From the NCBI GenBank assembly GCA_038231135.1, contig JBBRLX010000032.1, positions 1-51,378 of the forward strand: a DNA stretch of 51,378 nt, in the 5' to 3' direction. Positions 9,561-22,000 of this stretch are shown here, in pieces. The position numbers and the translations under genes are program-made. Every line of letters starts with the position of its first letter. Within the stretch, counting starts at the first letter, position 1. This stretch comes from Candidatus Eiseniibacteriota bacterium. GTDB taxonomy: Bacteria > Eisenbacteria > RBG-16-71-46. The notes below the pieces were generated by a model that was given only the letters and a program-made list of their open reading frames with translations, had not been told where the DNA came from and did no database searches.

Positions 9561-10880
9561 ATGCTCGACAAGTTCCGTAACATCTTCCAGGTTCCCGAGC
9601 TGAAGCGGCGCATCTTCTTCACGCTCGCGATGTTCGTGGTCTACCGGTTGGGAGAGCACGTTCCGACTCCCGGCGTGAATGCGCGTGCCCTGCACGCCGC
9701 GTTCGAGAGCCAGCGTGGAACGCTGTTCGGACTATACGACCTGTTCGTGGGCGGGGCGTTCTCCCGCGCCACGATCTTCGCGCTCGGCATCATGCCGTAC
9801 ATCTCGTCCTCGATCATCCTGCAGCTGCTCGGAGCGGTGGTTCCGTACTTCGAGAAGCTGCGCAAGGAGGGCGACGAGGGCCAGAAGAAGCTCACGCAGA
9901 TCACCCGCTACGGCACGGTGATGATCTCGATCGTGCAGTCGCTGGCGTACAGCGTGTTCCTCGTGAACATGGGCGCGTCGCAGGGCCTGTCGGTCGTGCC
10001 GCATCCGGGCGTGCTGTTCACGCTGTCCACGATCATCACGCAGACCACGGGCACGATCTTCGTCATGTGGCTCGGCGAGAAGATCACCGATCACGGCATC
10101 GGCAACGGCATCTCGCTGATCATCTTCGTGAACATCCTGGGCGGTGCGCCGAACGCGGTGCTCGCGGCATTCGAGAGCATCCGGGCCGGCACGCTGTCGC
10201 CGCTGCTCGCGCTCGCGGTCATTGCGCTGATGGTCGGCGTGGTCGCTGCGGTGGTGCTCATGACGCAGGCGGTGCGCAAGATCCCGGTGCAGTACGCCAA
10301 GCGCATCGTGGGCCGGCGCATGTACGGCGGCTCCAACACCCACATCCCGCTGCGGGTCAACACGGCGGGCGTGATCCCGATCATCTTCGCGTCGTCGGTC
10401 ATGATCCTGCCGGCCACGATCGCGGGCTTCGTTCCGCCGACCCACCCGCTCGCGGTGCTGGGGCAGTGGTTCAGCCGCACGAACGTGGTCTACAACGTGA
10501 TCTACGGGTTGATCATCATCTTCTTCACGTACTTCTACACCGCGGTCGTGCTCAATCCGAACGACCTCGCGGAGAACATGCGGAAGTACGGCGGATTCAT
10601 CCCGGGCATCCGTCCGGGCCGCAAGACGGCGGAGTACATCGACAAGGTGCTGACGCGCATCACGCTGCCGGGGGCGATCTTCCTGGCGCTGATCGCGGTG
10701 ATCCCGGACGTGCTGATCGCGTCTTCCGGGCTGCCGTTCCTGGGGTTCGGCGGCACCAGCGTGCTGATCGTGGTCGGCGTCGCGCTCGACACGCTGCAGC
10801 AGGTCGAATCGCATCTGCTGATGCGGCATTACGAAGGGTTCGTGAAGCGCGGCCGTATTCGTGGTCGTCAGCGGATGTAG
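9561..10880 (+). CDS. secY: Preprotein translocase subunit SecY
   Basis: FALGIMPYISSSII, GIGNGISLIIF, IPGIRPG, GGTSVLIVVGV; many TM segments. Confidence 0.99.
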   Translation: MLDKFRNIFQVPELKRRIFFTLAMFVVYRLGEHVPTPGVNARALHAAFESQRGTLFGLYDLFVGGAFSRATIFALGIMPYISSSIILQLLGAVVPYFEKLRKEGDEGQKKLTQITRYGTVMISIVQSLAYSVFLVNMGASQGLSVVPHPGVLFTLSTIITQTTGTIFVMWLGEKITDHGIGNGISLIIFVNILGGAPNAVLAAFESIRAGTLSPLLALAVIALMVGVVAAVVLMTQAVRKIPVQYAKRIVGRRMYGGSNTHIPLRVNTAGVIPIIFASSVMILPATIAGFVPPTHPLAVLGQWFSRTNVVYNVIYGLIIIFFTYFYTAVVLNPNDLAENMRKYGGFIPGIRPGRKTAEYIDKVLTRITLPGAIFLALIAVIPDVLIASSGLPFLGFGGTSVLIVVGVALDTLQQVESHLLMRHYEGFVKRGRIRGRQRM

Positions 10881-10883
10881 TGC

Positions 10884-11555
10884 GTGCGAATCGTCCTGCT
10901 GGGCCCGCCGGGTGTCGGGAAGGGTACCCAGGGACGGCGACTCGCCGCCGAATTCGGCGGCGCGCTGATCTCGACGGGTGAAATCCTCCGCGGCGCGGTG
11001 GCCCGGCGGACGCCGATGGGGGTCGAAGCCCAGCGGCAGATGGACCGGGGGCTGCTGGTCCCGGACGACGTGATGATCGGGCTCGTGCGGGAACGCACGC
11101 TCGAGCCGGATGCGACAAAGGGTTTCGTGCTGGACGGGTTTCCGCGGACGGTGCCGCAGGCGAACGCGCTCGACACGATGCTGACGGAACGCAATGTGAC
11201 GCTGTGCGCGGTCGTGAGCCTGGCGGCGCCGATGGACGAACTGGTGCGCAGGCTGTCGGCACGCCGGGAGTGCCCGGTGTGCAAGCGGGCGTACAACGTG
11301 GTGACCGCGCCGTCGCGGGACCGCGTGCACTGTGACGATCATGCGGACGCGGCGCTGATTCAGCGCGCGGACGATGCCGAGGAGACGATCCGGAAACGGC
11401 TCGAGGTGTACACGGCGCAGACGGCGCCGCTGGTCGAGCACTACCGGAAGCTGGGGCGGCTTACGGAAGTGCCCGGGATGGGCGAGTTGGACGCGGTCTA
11501 TGCGTCGCTCAAACGAGCGATCGACGGCCCGCGCGACGAGGTGGGAACGAGGTGA
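10884..11555 (+). CDS. adk: Adenylate kinase
   Basis: GPPGVGKGTQ P-loop, LDGFPRT, Cys-containing LID. Confidence 0.98.
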   Translation: MRIVLLGPPGVGKGTQGRRLAAEFGGALISTGEILRGAVARRTPMGVEAQRQMDRGLLVPDDVMIGLVRERTLEPDATKGFVLDGFPRTVPQANALDTMLTERNVTLCAVVSLAAPMDELVRRLSARRECPVCKRAYNVVTAPSRDRVHCDDHADAALIQRADDAEETIRKRLEVYTAQTAPLVEHYRKLGRLTEVPGMGELDAVYASLKRAIDGPRDEVGTR

Positions 11556-11559
11556 GCAC

Positions 11560-12318
11560 GTGGTCTACCTGAGAACACGCGATGAGATCGAAGCGATCCG
11601 CGCCGCCGCGAGGCTGGTGGGGAGAACGCTGCGCGTGCTCGAGAACGCGGTGCGCCCCGGGATCACCACGGCCGATCTCGACCTGATCGCCGAGACGTTC
11701 ATCCGCGACCACGGCGGCCGGCCGGCGTTCAAGGGCTACCGCGGGTTCCCGGCGAGCATCTGCCCGTCGGTCAACGCCGAGGTCGTGCACGCGATTCCGG
11801 GCGGCACCACGCTCGAGCCGGGCGACATCGTCGGGATCGACGTGGGGGTCGAGAAGGACGGATTCTTCGGGGACGCGGCCGTGACGGTCGCGGTGGGCGA
11901 GGTGCCGGACGCGACGCGCCGGCTGCTGCAGGTGACGCGCGAGGCGCTGCACCTGGGCATCGCCCAGGCGCGCGCCGGCAATCGCGTCGGCGACATTTCG
12001 CACGCCGTGCAGGCGCACGCGGAGGCGAACGGGTTCTCGGTGGTGCGCACGCTGGTCGGACACGGCATCGGACGCGAGATGCACGAGGAGCCCCAGGTGC
12101 CGAACTACGGGCCGCCGTCGCGCGGGCCGCGTCTGATGACGGGCCAGGTGCTCGCGATCGAGCCGATGGTGAACGTGGGCGGCCACGAAGTCGTGGTGCA
12201 GCCGGACGGCTGGACGGTGGTCACGAAGGACGGTTCGCTCAGCGCGCATTTCGAGCACACCGTGGCGGTCGGGGTCGAAGGTCCCGAGATCCTGTCGGAT
12301 CCGGGGCAGGAAGGCTGA
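11560..12318 (+). CDS. map: Methionine aminopeptidase type I
   Basis: GYRGFPASIC, GHGIGREMHEEP, IEPM, SAHFEHT; GTG start inferred at 11560. Confidence 0.97.
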   Translation: MVYLRTRDEIEAIRAAARLVGRTLRVLENAVRPGITTADLDLIAETFIRDHGGRPAFKGYRGFPASICPSVNAEVVHAIPGGTTLEPGDIVGIDVGVEKDGFFGDAAVTVAVGEVPDATRRLLQVTREALHLGIAQARAGNRVGDISHAVQAHAEANGFSVVRTLVGHGIGREMHEEPQVPNYGPPSRGPRLMTGQVLAIEPMVNVGGHEVVVQPDGWTVVTKDGSLSAHFEHTVAVGVEGPEILSDPGQEG

Positions 12319-12537
12319 ATGGCGAAGGAAGAAGGCATCCAGGTCGAAGGCACGGTGGTCGAACCGCTCCCGAACGCGATGTTCAGGGTGGAGCTGGAGA
12401 ACAAGCACATCGTGCTCGCCCACATCTCGGGCAAGATGCGGATGCATTTCATCAAGATCCTGCCGGGGGACAAGGTCACGGTGGAGCTGTCGCCGTACGA
12501 CCTGAGCCGCGGGCGGATCGTGTACCGCTACAAGTAG
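12319..12537 (+). CDS. infA: Translation initiation factor IF-1
   Basis: [26 protein letters not shown]. Confidence 0.99.
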   Translation: MAKEEGIQVEGTVVEPLPNAMFRVELENKHIVLAHISGKMRMHFIKILPGDKVTVELSPYDLSRGRIVYRYK

Positions 12538-12553
12538 AGCGGCGGAGGGCGTC

Positions 12554-12670
12554 ATGAAGGTCCGGACATCGGTGAAGAAGATCTGCGAGCACTGCAAGGT
12601 GGTGCGCCGCAAGGGCGTGATCCGCGTGATCTGCAAGCGCAATCCGCGGCACAAGCAACGTCAGAAGTAG
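12554..12670 (+). CDS. rpmJ: 50S ribosomal protein L36 (zinc-ribbon type); absent from ORF track
   Basis: Manual translation [46 protein letters not shown]. Confidence 0.97.
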   Translation: MKVRTSVKKICEHCKVVRRKGVIRVICKRNPRHKQRQK

Positions 12671-12684
12671 CGTAAGGAGGAGTC

Positions 12685-13086
12685 GTGGCACGTATTGCGG
12701 GCGTCGATTTGCCGGCCGAAAAGCGGATCGAAATCGCGCTGACCTACATTTATGGAATCGGCCGCAATACGGCCATGCGGATCCTGTCGTCCGCGGGCGT
12801 GCGTCCCGAGATCCGGGTGAAGAATCTCAGCGACGAGGACACGGGCAGACTGCGCAGCATCATCGAGCGCGAGTACAAGGTGGAAGGCGCGCTGCGCAGC
12901 GAGATCGCGATGAACATCAAGCGGTTGATGGACATCGGCGCCTATCGCGGCCTGCGTCACCGCCGCGGCCTGCCGGTGCGCGGGCAGAGAACCAAGACCA
13001 ACGCACGGACCCGCAAGGGCCCGAAGAAGACGGCGAGTGCTTCGCGCAAGCCGGCGCCGGCCAAGGCACCGGCGGCCAAGAAGTAG
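12685..13086 (+). CDS. rpsM: 30S ribosomal protein S13
   Basis: [35 protein letters not shown]. Confidence 0.99.
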   Translation: MARIAGVDLPAEKRIEIALTYIYGIGRNTAMRILSSAGVRPEIRVKNLSDEDTGRLRSIIEREYKVEGALRSEIAMNIKRLMDIGAYRGLRHRRGLPVRGQRTKTNARTRKGPKKTASASRKPAPAKAPAAKK

Positions 13087-13131
13087 TTCGGCAGGCGGAC
13101 GTCCGGGAGGACTTCCGCACGGAGGATTCGA

Positions 13132-13524
13132 GTGACCGAAACAACGAAGAAGGCTGGCAAGAAACGCGATCGCAAGGTGTCGACCAACGGGGTCGCACAC
13201 GTTCAGGCGAGCTTCAACAACACCATCGTCACGATCACCGACATGGATGGCAACGTCGTCTCGTGGGCGAGCGCGGGCAAGGTGGGCTTCAAAGGCTCGC
13301 GCAAGAGCACACCGTTCGCCGCCCAGGTGGCGGCCGAGGCGACCGCGCGGGAGGCGCTGAACTACGGCATGAAGCGAGTCGAGGTCTGGGTGAAGGGCCC
13401 GGGCGCCGGCCGTGAAGCCGCGATACGTTCCCTGCAGGCGGCCGGTCTCGAGATCTCCGCGATCAAGGACGTGACACCCATTCCCCACAACGGTTGCCGC
13501 CCGCCCAAGCGGCGCCGCGTCTAG
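13132..13524 (+). CDS. rpsK: 30S ribosomal protein S11
   Basis: [41 protein letters not shown]. Confidence 0.99.
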   Translation: MTETTKKAGKKRDRKVSTNGVAHVQASFNNTIVTITDMDGNVVSWASAGKVGFKGSRKSTPFAAQVAAEATAREALNYGMKRVEVWVKGPGAGREAAIRSLQAAGLEISAIKDVTPIPHNGCRPPKRRRV

Positions 13525-13536
13525 GAGAGCCACGAC

Positions 13537-14166
13537 ATGGCGGTGTACCACGATGCAAAGTGCCGGCTGTGCCGGCGCGAGGGCATGAAGCTGTTCCTCA
13601 AGGCGACGCGCTGCTTCTCGGACAAATGCGCGATCGAACGCCGCGGTTATGCCCCCGGCGAGCACGGCAAGAGCCGCCGCGTGAAGGAGACCAACTACGG
13701 TCTGCAGCTGCGGGAGAAGCAGAAGGCGCGGCGGATCTATGGTCTGCTCGAGCGGCAGTTCCGCAACTATTTCATGAAGGCGTCCGAGGGCAAGGGTGTG
13801 ACGGGCGAGGTGCTGCTCCAGATGCTGGAGCGACGCATCGACAACGTCGTGTTCCGGCTGGGATTCGCCGGCAACCGCGCGACGGCCCGCCAGCTGGTGC
13901 GCCATGGCCATGTCACGGTGAACGGCCGCAAGGTGGACATCCCGTCGTTCCTGGTGAAGACCGGCGACGAGATCGCCATTCGCGAGCGCAGCCGCAAGCT
14001 CACGGTGATCCAGAACTCTCTCGAGTCCCGCAAGGGTCAGTCGTCGCCCGAATGGCTCGATCTGAACGCCGACCAGCTCACCGGTCGCGTGCTCAACATC
14101 CCGACGCGGGATTCGATTCCGGTACCGATCAACGAGCAGCTCATCGTCGAGCTTTACTCGAAGTAA
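13537..14166 (+). CDS. rpsD: 30S ribosomal protein S4 (zinc-binding type)
   Basis: [38 protein letters not shown]. Confidence 0.99.
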   Translation: MAVYHDAKCRLCRREGMKLFLKATRCFSDKCAIERRGYAPGEHGKSRRVKETNYGLQLREKQKARRIYGLLERQFRNYFMKASEGKGVTGEVLLQMLERRIDNVVFRLGFAGNRATARQLVRHGHVTVNGRKVDIPSFLVKTGDEIAIRERSRKLTVIQNSLESRKGQSSPEWLDLNADQLTGRVLNIPTRDSIPVPINEQLIVELYSK

Positions 14167-14194
14167 TTCAGGACCCCCAAAGGGAGCCTTGCCG

Positions 14195-15193
14195 ATGAAG
14201 TGGAAGAATCTGACCATGCCGAAGCAGGTCGTCGCCGATCCCGAGAACAACGACGGATACGGCAAGTTCGTGATCGAGCCCCTCGAGCGGGGGTTCGGAC
14301 TCACGCTGGGCAACGCGCTGCGCCGCGTGCTGCTGTCGTCGCTGCAGGGTGCGGCGATCACGGCGGTGCGGATCGACGGCGTGCTGCACGAGTTCTCGAC
14401 GCTCCCGGGCGTCATCGAGGACGTGACCGAGATCATCCTCAACCTGAAGCAGGTGCGGCTCAAGCTCCACGGCGACGGCCCCAAGAAGGGCATGTTCGAG
14501 ATGAAGGGCAAGGGCGAGGTGCGCGCCGGCAACATGGTCGCGGATCCCGAGATCGAGATCCTGAATCCCGACATGCACGTCGCGACGCTCAACCGTGACG
14601 GCGACCTGCGCATGGAGGTCGAGATCAACGGCGGCCGCGGTTACGTGTCGGCCGACCTGCACTCGGCGACGGACCGTCCGATCGGCGTCGTGCCGATCGA
14701 CTCGCTGTTCTCGCCGGTGACGAAGGTCAACTACAACGTCGAGGCCACGCGACTCGGCCAGCGCATCGACTACGACAAGCTGACGGTCGAGCTGTGGACG
14801 GATCGCAGCATCCTCCCGCAGGACGCCGTCGCGGTCGCCGCGAAGATCCTGCGCGATCACTTCCAGATGTTCATCCACTTCGAGGAAGAGCCGATCGAGG
14901 AGGAGGAGGAGGAGGTCGACGAGGAGATCATGCGCGTCCGCAAACTGCTCGACAAGAGCGTGGACGAGCTGGAGCTGTCGGTGCGATCGAGCAACTGCCT
15001 GCGCGCCGCCGAGATCAAGTCGATCGGCGACCTGGTGCAGAAGAGCGAGCCCGAGATGCTCAAGTACCGCAACTTCGGCCGCAAGTCGCTCAAGGAGATC
15101 CAGGACATCCTGGGCGAGATGGGCCTGCATTTCGGCATGGACGTGAGCCGGTTCGTCAACGAACCGAAGTCGCTGGTAACCTCGGATCACTAG
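14195..15193 (+). CDS. rpoA: DNA-directed RNA polymerase subunit alpha
   Basis: [44 protein letters not shown] 14195 (alternative TTG 14189). Confidence 0.99.
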   Translation: MKWKNLTMPKQVVADPENNDGYGKFVIEPLERGFGLTLGNALRRVLLSSLQGAAITAVRIDGVLHEFSTLPGVIEDVTEIILNLKQVRLKLHGDGPKKGMFEMKGKGEVRAGNMVADPEIEILNPDMHVATLNRDGDLRMEVEINGGRGYVSADLHSATDRPIGVVPIDSLFSPVTKVNYNVEATRLGQRIDYDKLTVELWTDRSILPQDAVAVAAKILRDHFQMFIHFEEEPIEEEEEEVDEEIMRVRKLLDKSVDELELSVRSSNCLRAAEIKSIGDLVQKSEPEMLKYRNFGRKSLKEIQDILGEMGLHFGMDVSRFVNEPKSLVTSDH

Positions 15194-15310
15194 GGCGGCT
15201 CGACGGGAGTCCTTAGAGGCCGCGTCGCCGGCAGCATGCGACGCCGCCCGGGCCCCGTCGCTGCGAATCGCCTTTGCACCACGGGCCGAGCCCGCTGAAG
15301 GGGTCGTGAC

Positions 15311-15880
15311 ATGAGACATCGCAAGGATCATCGAAAACTCAGCCGGACGGCGTCGCATCGGCGCGCGGTGTTGCGCAACCTGGTCACGGCGCTGTTCAAG
15401 TACGAGCGCATCGAGACCACGGTCGCCAAGGCCAAGGAGGCCCGCCGGCTGGCCGAGCGGCTCATCACGTTCGGCAAGCGCGGGGACCTCGCGGCGCGGC
15501 GTCACGTGGCGCGGTTCGTCATGACGCCCGACATCACGGCCAAGCTGTTCGAGACGATCGCCCCGTGGTACGCGGAGCGCCACGGCGGCTATACCCGCAT
15601 CCTGCGGCTCGGCCACCGGCTGGGCGACGCGGGCGAGACCGCATATCTGGAACTGGTCAAGTCGTCGGACCAGAAGGACAAGGAGCGCCAGGAACGCCTC
15701 GCCGCGGAGGAGCTCAAGACTGCGCAGGCGGGCAAGAAGGCCGAGAAGAAGGCGAAGGCCGGCGCTGCCGCGGAGAGCGAGCCCGAGAAGCCGTCGCGGG
15801 GTGGCCGCGGGGGCGGCCAGGAGCCGGAACCGGCTGCGCCGGCCCGGCGCCGGGGCCGCACCGGAGTGAAGACCGGCTGA
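15311..15880 (+). CDS. rplQ: 50S ribosomal protein L17 with long C-terminal extension
   Basis: MRHRK, IETTVAKAKE, GGYTRI, RLGDAG. Confidence 0.98.
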   Translation: MRHRKDHRKLSRTASHRRAVLRNLVTALFKYERIETTVAKAKEARRLAERLITFGKRGDLAARRHVARFVMTPDITAKLFETIAPWYAERHGGYTRILRLGHRLGDAGETAYLELVKSSDQKDKERQERLAAEELKTAQAGKKAEKKAKAGAAAESEPEKPSRGGRGGGQEPEPAAPARRRGRTGVKTG

Positions 15881-15905
15881 CGAGGATCCGATAACCCGGG
15901 TATCG

Positions 15906-15943
15906 AGCGCGGGCGGAGGTCCTTCCGCCCGCGCTTTCGATTC
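15906..15943 (+). terminator. Probable intrinsic terminator of the r-protein operon
   Basis: agcgcgggcggag-gtcc-ttccgcccgcgct stem (one G-U pair) followed by a short T-rich tail, just after the rplQ stop. Confidence 0.7.
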
Positions 15944-15964
15944 TGGGAAGGAGGTCGGTCCCGC

Positions 15965-17134
15965 ATGCCGTTCGCGCTGGTTCCGTGGCTCGGCATGGTC
16001 GCGATCGTGACGCAGTCGTCGGTCGCGGTGCCGGGGCCCAGGGATTCGGCCGCGGTCGATTATCTGTGGGTCCTAAGGGGTTCGCTGGCGACGCGGGCTT
16101 CGGTGGACAGCGTGCTCGCCCGGGCGAACCGGATGCGGGTGCGGGGACTGCTGGTGCAGGTGGTGGGGCGCGGCGACGCGTGCTACCGCTCGGACCTGCT
16201 GCCGCGCGCGGCGTTCCTCGATCCGCGTGAGGGGCCCGATTTCGATCCGTTCGGGGAGTTGATCGATCGCGCGCACGCGGACGGGCTCGAGGTGCACGCG
16301 TGGATGAACTGCCTGCTGGTGTGGTCGGCGCCCGAGCGCCCCCGCGACCCGCGGCACGTGGTGAACGCGCATCCGGAATGGATCGCGCGCATGCGGGACG
16401 GGCGCGCGATGACCGCGCTCGGCATGCGGGAGCGGGAACGCGCGGGAGTCGAGGGCGTGTTCCTGTCGGCGGCTCATCCGGGCGTCAAGGCCTGGGTGGC
16501 GTCGGTGGCGAAGGAGATCGTACAGCGGTATCCGGTGGACGGCATCCACCTCGACTACATCCGCGACCCCAACGTGGCCGTGGGGTGGGACTGGACGACG
16601 CGGGCGCGGTTCGCGCTCGAGCAGGGCGTGGATCCGGAGCACATGGAGCGACTCGGGGCGGAGGAGCGGGTGAAGGTCACGGCGGCATGGGAGCGGTTCC
16701 AGTGCGAACAGGTCACGGACATCGTGCGCGCGGTGCGGGACTCCGTGCACGCGGTCCGCGACGGCGTGCTGCTGTCGGCGGCGGTGATCGCCGACACGAC
16801 CCGCGCGGAGCGCTGGAACGCGCAGACGTGGCGGGCGTGGATCCGTGACAGTCTGCTCGATCGCGCGTTCCTCATGTGCTACGGCGTGCCGGTGCAGACC
16901 GTGATGTCACAGCTCGCGCGGTTCGCGGCGGAGTTCGGCGGGCTGGACCGGATCGTCCCGGGCATCGCGATGTACAACAGCGACGCGGTCACGGCCGCGC
17001 TCAAGATCAAAGGTGCGCGCGAGCTGGGGTATCCAAGGATCGCGCTGTATTCGTACGACTCGCTCTTCGAGGGGCGAACTTACTGGAACGCGCTGCAGTT
17101 GCAGCTCACACCCGCCGCGCAGGGGAATCGATGA
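15965..17134 (+). CDS. Glycoside hydrolase-like 10 (GHL10/DUF187, YddW/DigH-like) protein
   Basis: [39 protein letters not shown]; hydrophobic N-terminus; GGAGG RBS. Confidence 0.85.
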   Translation: MPFALVPWLGMVAIVTQSSVAVPGPRDSAAVDYLWVLRGSLATRASVDSVLARANRMRVRGLLVQVVGRGDACYRSDLLPRAAFLDPREGPDFDPFGELIDRAHADGLEVHAWMNCLLVWSAPERPRDPRHVVNAHPEWIARMRDGRAMTALGMRERERAGVEGVFLSAAHPGVKAWVASVAKEIVQRYPVDGIHLDYIRDPNVAVGWDWTTRARFALEQGVDPEHMERLGAEERVKVTAAWERFQCEQVTDIVRAVRDSVHAVRDGVLLSAAVIADTTRAERWNAQTWRAWIRDSLLDRAFLMCYGVPVQTVMSQLARFAAEFGGLDRIVPGIAMYNSDAVTAALKIKGARELGYPRIALYSYDSLFEGRTYWNALQLQLTPAAQGNR

Positions 17135-18999
17135 ATCCGACCGAAACGAACGCAGCCGAGGTTCCCGGAGCCGCCATGTCGGTGCGCGAGGACATCCGCA
17201 ACATCGCCATCATCGCGCACGTCGACCACGGCAAGACCACCCTCGTGGACGCCATGCTGTGGCAGAGCGGCGTGTTCCGCGAGAACCAGGAGGTCGCGGA
17301 GCGGGTCATGGACTCGAACGACCTCGAGCGCGAGAAGGGCATCACGATCCTGGCGAAGAACACCGGCGTGCGGTTCGGCGCCATCAAGATCAACATCGTC
17401 GACACGCCCGGCCACGCGGATTTCGGCGGCGAAGTCGAGCGCACGCTCAAGATGGTCGACGGCGTGCTGCTGCTGGTCGACGCCAGCGAGGGGCCGCTGC
17501 CCCAGACGCGCTTCGTGCTCAAGAAGGCGCTCGAGCTCGGGCTGCCGCCGATCGTGGTGATCAACAAGATCGACCGCAAGGACGCGCGCCCGCAGGAGGT
17601 GCTGAACGAGATCTACGACCTGTTCATCGATCTCGACGCGCACGAGGACCAGCTCGAGTTCCCGGTGCTGTGGACGATCGCGCGCGAGGGCGTGTGCCGC
17701 ACCTCGCCCGACGGCGAGAACCACCGGCTGCTGCCGCTGTTCGAGGAGATCGTGCGCACCATCCCCGCGCCGCGGTTCGACCCCGATTCGCCGCTGCAGA
17801 TGCTGGTGCTGAACCTGGGCTACTCCGACTACGTCGGACGGCTCGCGATCGGCCGGGTCGTGAACGGCCGGTTGCGCACCAAGCAGGACATCGTGCATTC
17901 CCGGATCGACGGCACGCTGGCACCGACGCGCATCACGAACCTCTACATCTTCGAAGGGCTCGAGCGCGTGGAGGTCGAGGAGGCCGGTCCGGGCGACATC
18001 GTGGCGCTGGCCGGATTCGGCGACGTGACGATCGGCGACACGATCACCGATCCCGACCGCCCGCGGGTGCTGCCGCGCCCGCTGGTCGACGAGCCGACCG
18101 TGAGCATGGTGTTCCGGGTCAACGATTCGCCGTTCGCCGGCACCGAGGGCAAGTACGTGACGTCGCGCAACATCAAGGAGCGGCTCGATCGCGAGCTGCT
18201 CACCAACGTGAGCATCCGGGTCGAGACCGGCGACACGCCCGACGCGTTCGTGGTGTCGGGGCGCGGCGAGCTGCAGATGGCGATCCTGATCGAGATGATG
18301 CGCCGCGAAGGGTTCGAGCTCGCGGTCAGCAAGCCGGAGGTGCTCACCCGGATGGTCGACGGCGCGAAGCACGAGCCGATGGAGCACCTGGTGATCGACT
18401 GTCCCGAGGAGTTCGTCGGGATCGTCACGCAGAAGATCGGCACCCGCAAGGGCCGGATGGTGAACATGGTGAATCACGGCACCGGACGCGTGCGGCTCGA
18501 GTTCCGCATTCCGTCCCGCGGGCTGATCGGGTTCCGTGGCCCGTTCCTGTCGGACACGCGCGGCACCGGACTCCTGAACCACCTGTTCGACGGCTGGGAG
18601 CCGTGGACCGGCGAGATCCCGCATCGCATGACGGGCGCCCTGATCTCCGACCGCGCCGGCAAGGTGACGCCGTACGCGATCGAGCACACCCAGGAGCGCG
18701 GCGAGATCTTCGTCGAGCCGACCGAGCGGGTGTACGAGGGCATGATCATCGGCGAGAACGCCCGCGAGCAGGACATGGACGTCAACATCGTCAAGGAGAA
18801 GAAGCTCACCAACATGCGGTCCTCGAACTCCGAGGAGAGCTACCGGTTGGTGCCGGTGCACCGCATGTCGCTCGAGCAGGCGCTCGAGTGGATCCGCGAG
18901 GACGAGCTGCTCGAGGTCACCCCCCAGAGCCTCCGCCTGCGCAAGCGCGTGCTGCAGGCCAACGTACGGCCACGGTACTGGCAGAAGGTGGGTCAGTAG
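17131..18999 (+). CDS. typA: Translational GTPase TypA/BipA
   Basis: [44 protein letters not shown] overlap with upstream gene (alternative ATG 17176). Confidence 0.97.
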   Translation: MNPTETNAAEVPGAAMSVREDIRNIAIIAHVDHGKTTLVDAMLWQSGVFRENQEVAERVMDSNDLEREKGITILAKNTGVRFGAIKINIVDTPGHADFGGEVERTLKMVDGVLLLVDASEGPLPQTRFVLKKALELGLPPIVVINKIDRKDARPQEVLNEIYDLFIDLDAHEDQLEFPVLWTIAREGVCRTSPDGENHRLLPLFEEIVRTIPAPRFDPDSPLQMLVLNLGYSDYVGRLAIGRVVNGRLRTKQDIVHSRIDGTLAPTRITNLYIFEGLERVEVEEAGPGDIVALAGFGDVTIGDTITDPDRPRVLPRPLVDEPTVSMVFRVNDSPFAGTEGKYVTSRNIKERLDRELLTNVSIRVETGDTPDAFVVSGRGELQMAILIEMMRREGFELAVSKPEVLTRMVDGAKHEPMEHLVIDCPEEFVGIVTQKIGTRKGRMVNMVNHGTGRVRLEFRIPSRGLIGFRGPFLSDTRGTGLLNHLFDGWEPWTGEIPHRMTGALISDRAGKVTPYAIEHTQERGEIFVEPTERVYEGMIIGENAREQDMDVNIVKEKKLTNMRSSNSEESYRLVPVHRMSLEQALEWIREDELLEVTPQSLRLRKRVLQANVRPRYWQKVGQ

Positions 19000-19080
19000 C
19001 CCAGGTTTCGCCGGCGTCAAGTTCGGGGCGCGACGGCCCGATAACGAAGGGGACCGGGAGCACCTCCCGCGTCCCCAACC

Positions 19081-22000
19081 ATGCACGCATCCGATCCCGA
19101 TCCCGATCCGCGCCCCGGCGCGCCCGCGGACAGCGGCCCCGAACTCCCGGCGCCGGTGCCCGGTGCCGCCCGATTCCTGCTGACCCGTGACGTCGATCCC
19201 CGCCACGAGTCCCTGCGCATCACGATCGGGTTCATCGCGCTCGCCGCCGTCAGCGCGATCATGCTCAACATCGGGATCTACCAGAGCGAACGGACCCGCG
19301 AGACCCGGGAGCGCTGGGTCGCGCTCGAGTCCAATACCACGGACAAGGTGAACGAGGTGCGGTCCGCCGTGCAGCAGTTCGCGGAACAGGCGGAGCTGAT
19401 CGCCCATCAGGTGTCGGTCCCCGGGGCCGCGGCCCCCACGCCCGGCGGCGTCGATGCGCGGCTTCAACTCGCGGCCAACATGCTGCACTGGCGCGAAATT
19501 CAGATGTTCGACCGCGCCGGCCGGCTGGGCGCGCACGCACGTCCGGAACCGCCGCAGCCGGCCCCGCCCCGCGAGCTGATCAACCGCGCGCTGCGCTCCG
19601 GACGCACCGCGCTCGGCGTCCTGCCTGGCGACGCCGACCGCCCGGCGCTGCTCGTCGCGGTCGTCCAGCAGCGTGACGCGTCCGCGCTGCTCGTCGCCTA
19701 CGCGAACGTGGACGACATGCTGCGGCCGCTGCTTGCGAGCTGGCCCGGCTTCGGTCCCAGTGCCGGCGCGTTCCTCGCCGGGCGGGAGCACGACCAGACC
19801 GTGGTGCTCAGCTCGCCGCCGCCGGGATTCGGCCTGACCCAGGGCGCCCGCAACGGTTCGAGCGGCGGCGCGTTCCGCGCGGCGTCGATCGCCGCGACCG
19901 GGGCCGAGTCGCGCATCGAGGTGCACTACGGCGGCCGCGACCCGCTGTGGGCGGTGACGCGCACGATCCCGGAGCTGGGTTGCGGACTGGTGGGCCAGGT
20001 CCGTCGCAGCGAGCTCGGGGCCTCCGCCGGCAACGTGATGGGCGGTCTGATCGCGCTCGACTTCGCGATGGTGATGCTGGTTGCCGCGGCGCTGGTGTTC
20101 TGGCGCCGGCAGTACGAGTCGGGCCTCGCGCACCGCGAGATCGAGGTCACGCGCCGGCATGCGAACCAGATCCAGGCGGTGTTCGACAATGCGTTCGACG
20201 CGATCCTGACGTTCGACCGCCGCGGCGTGATCCGCACCGCGAATCCCGCGGCCGAGAAAATCTTCCGCCGCCCGTGCGGCGAGCTGTACGGGCGTCCGGT
20301 GGGGTCCATCCTGCGCAGCGAGGACGATCGCGGCGCGTTCCGGCTGCCGGCTCCGGGGCACGTGATCCGGACCGAATCGCTGCATCCCGACCACGGCGAG
20401 TCACCGATCGAGCTGTCCACCGCCGCGGCGGGCGACGGCGACGAGCTGACCTACACCGCGATCGTCCGCGACATCAGCACGCAGGTCGAGGCCGAGAACC
20501 AGATCCGGTCGTTCGCGGGCGGGCTCGAGACCTCGAACCGCCGGCTCGCCGAGGTCAACGCCCAGCTGGAGGAGGCGTCGCGGCTCAAGAGTGAATTCCT
20601 CGCGAACACCTCCCACGAGCTGCGCACGCCGCTCAACGGCATGATCGGGTTCCTGCAGCTGGTGCTCGACGGCATGTGCGAGTCCCCCGACGAGGAGCGC
20701 GACTTCCTGCGCCAGGCGCTCAAGTGCTCGCGCCATCTGCTCGGCCTGATCAACGACGTGCTCGACATCGCCAAGATCGAATCGGGCAAGCTGACGCTCG
20801 AGATCCAGGAGATCGACATTCGCGCGCTGTTCGACGAGGTCTACACGGTGACGCACGTGCAGGCCGCCCAGAAGGGCATCGCGCTGGTGTTCGAGCCGCC
20901 CGCCGCCACGACCGGCGACGCGCGCGGCGACTTCCGCAAGGTCAAGCAGGTGCTGATCAACCTGGTGGGCAACGCGATCAAGTTCACCCCGTCCGGCGCC
21001 GTGACGGTCCGGGTCCGCGAGCACGACGATCTCGGCTACTGGATGTTCGAGGTCGAGGACACCGGAATCGGCATTCCGGCCGACCGCCAGGGCCGGATCT
21101 TCGACAAGTTCATCCAGGGCGACGGCAGCACCACCCGCAAGTACGGCGGCACCGGGCTCGGGCTCGCGATTTCGCGCAGCCTCATCGAGCTCATGGGTGG
21201 CATCATCGGCGTCCACAGCGCGGGCGAGGGCACCGGCACCCGGATGTACTTCTCGCTGCCCGCGTGGCGCGAGGCGGCGGACCTCGAGCCCCAGGACCAC
21301 GCGTCCGACCGCATCGAGGGTCCGGCGGGCGGCCCGCTCGTGCTGGTCGTCGAGGACGACTCCGCGTTCCGGCGCTACCTGACGTCGCTGCTCCACCACC
21401 AGGGCTATCGCACGATTGAGGCGCATCACGCCGAGGGTGGCTGGGTGCTTGCACGCCGGCTGCGTCCGGCGGTGGTGGTGCTCGATTACGCGCTGTCCTG
21501 CCCGGAGGGCGCGACGCTCCGCACCGGCTGGGATCTCGCGGAGCGCATGACCGCCGATACCAAGACCCGCCACATCCCGCTGATCTTCGTCACCGGGTTC
21601 GACGACGAGGTGAAGGGCAAACTGCGCGCGAACGCGTTCGCCCGGCGTCCCGAGCACCTGGTCAAGCCGGTCGACGGTCATGCGCTGCTCGCCAAGATCG
21701 ACGTCATGCTCGGCGCCACGCACGACCGGGTGGTTCGCATCCTGATGGCGGACGACGATCCGTCGGTGGTCGCCTACATACGCAAGGCGCTGCCCGAGGA
21801 GCGGTTCCACATCGAGGTTGCGAACAACGGCGAGGAATGCCTGCACGTGCTCCGCATGCAGCCGCGCGGATTCGATCTGCTGCTGCTGGACCTGATGATG
21901 CCGGGCGTTAGTGGCTACGACGTGTTGCGCGAGCTCACGCTGAGTGGCGCGCACAACGAGCTGCCGGTGCTCGTGCTCACGAACTTCCCCGACGCCCGCA

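Noticed and set aside
14882..14926. GAG repeat run in rpoA
   Set aside because: Encodes the ordinary acidic linker between the alpha NTD and CTD
17080..20394. 1104-aa minus-strand ORF
   Set aside because: Antisense shadow of typA and the kinase; expected in high-GC DNA; no recognisable motifs
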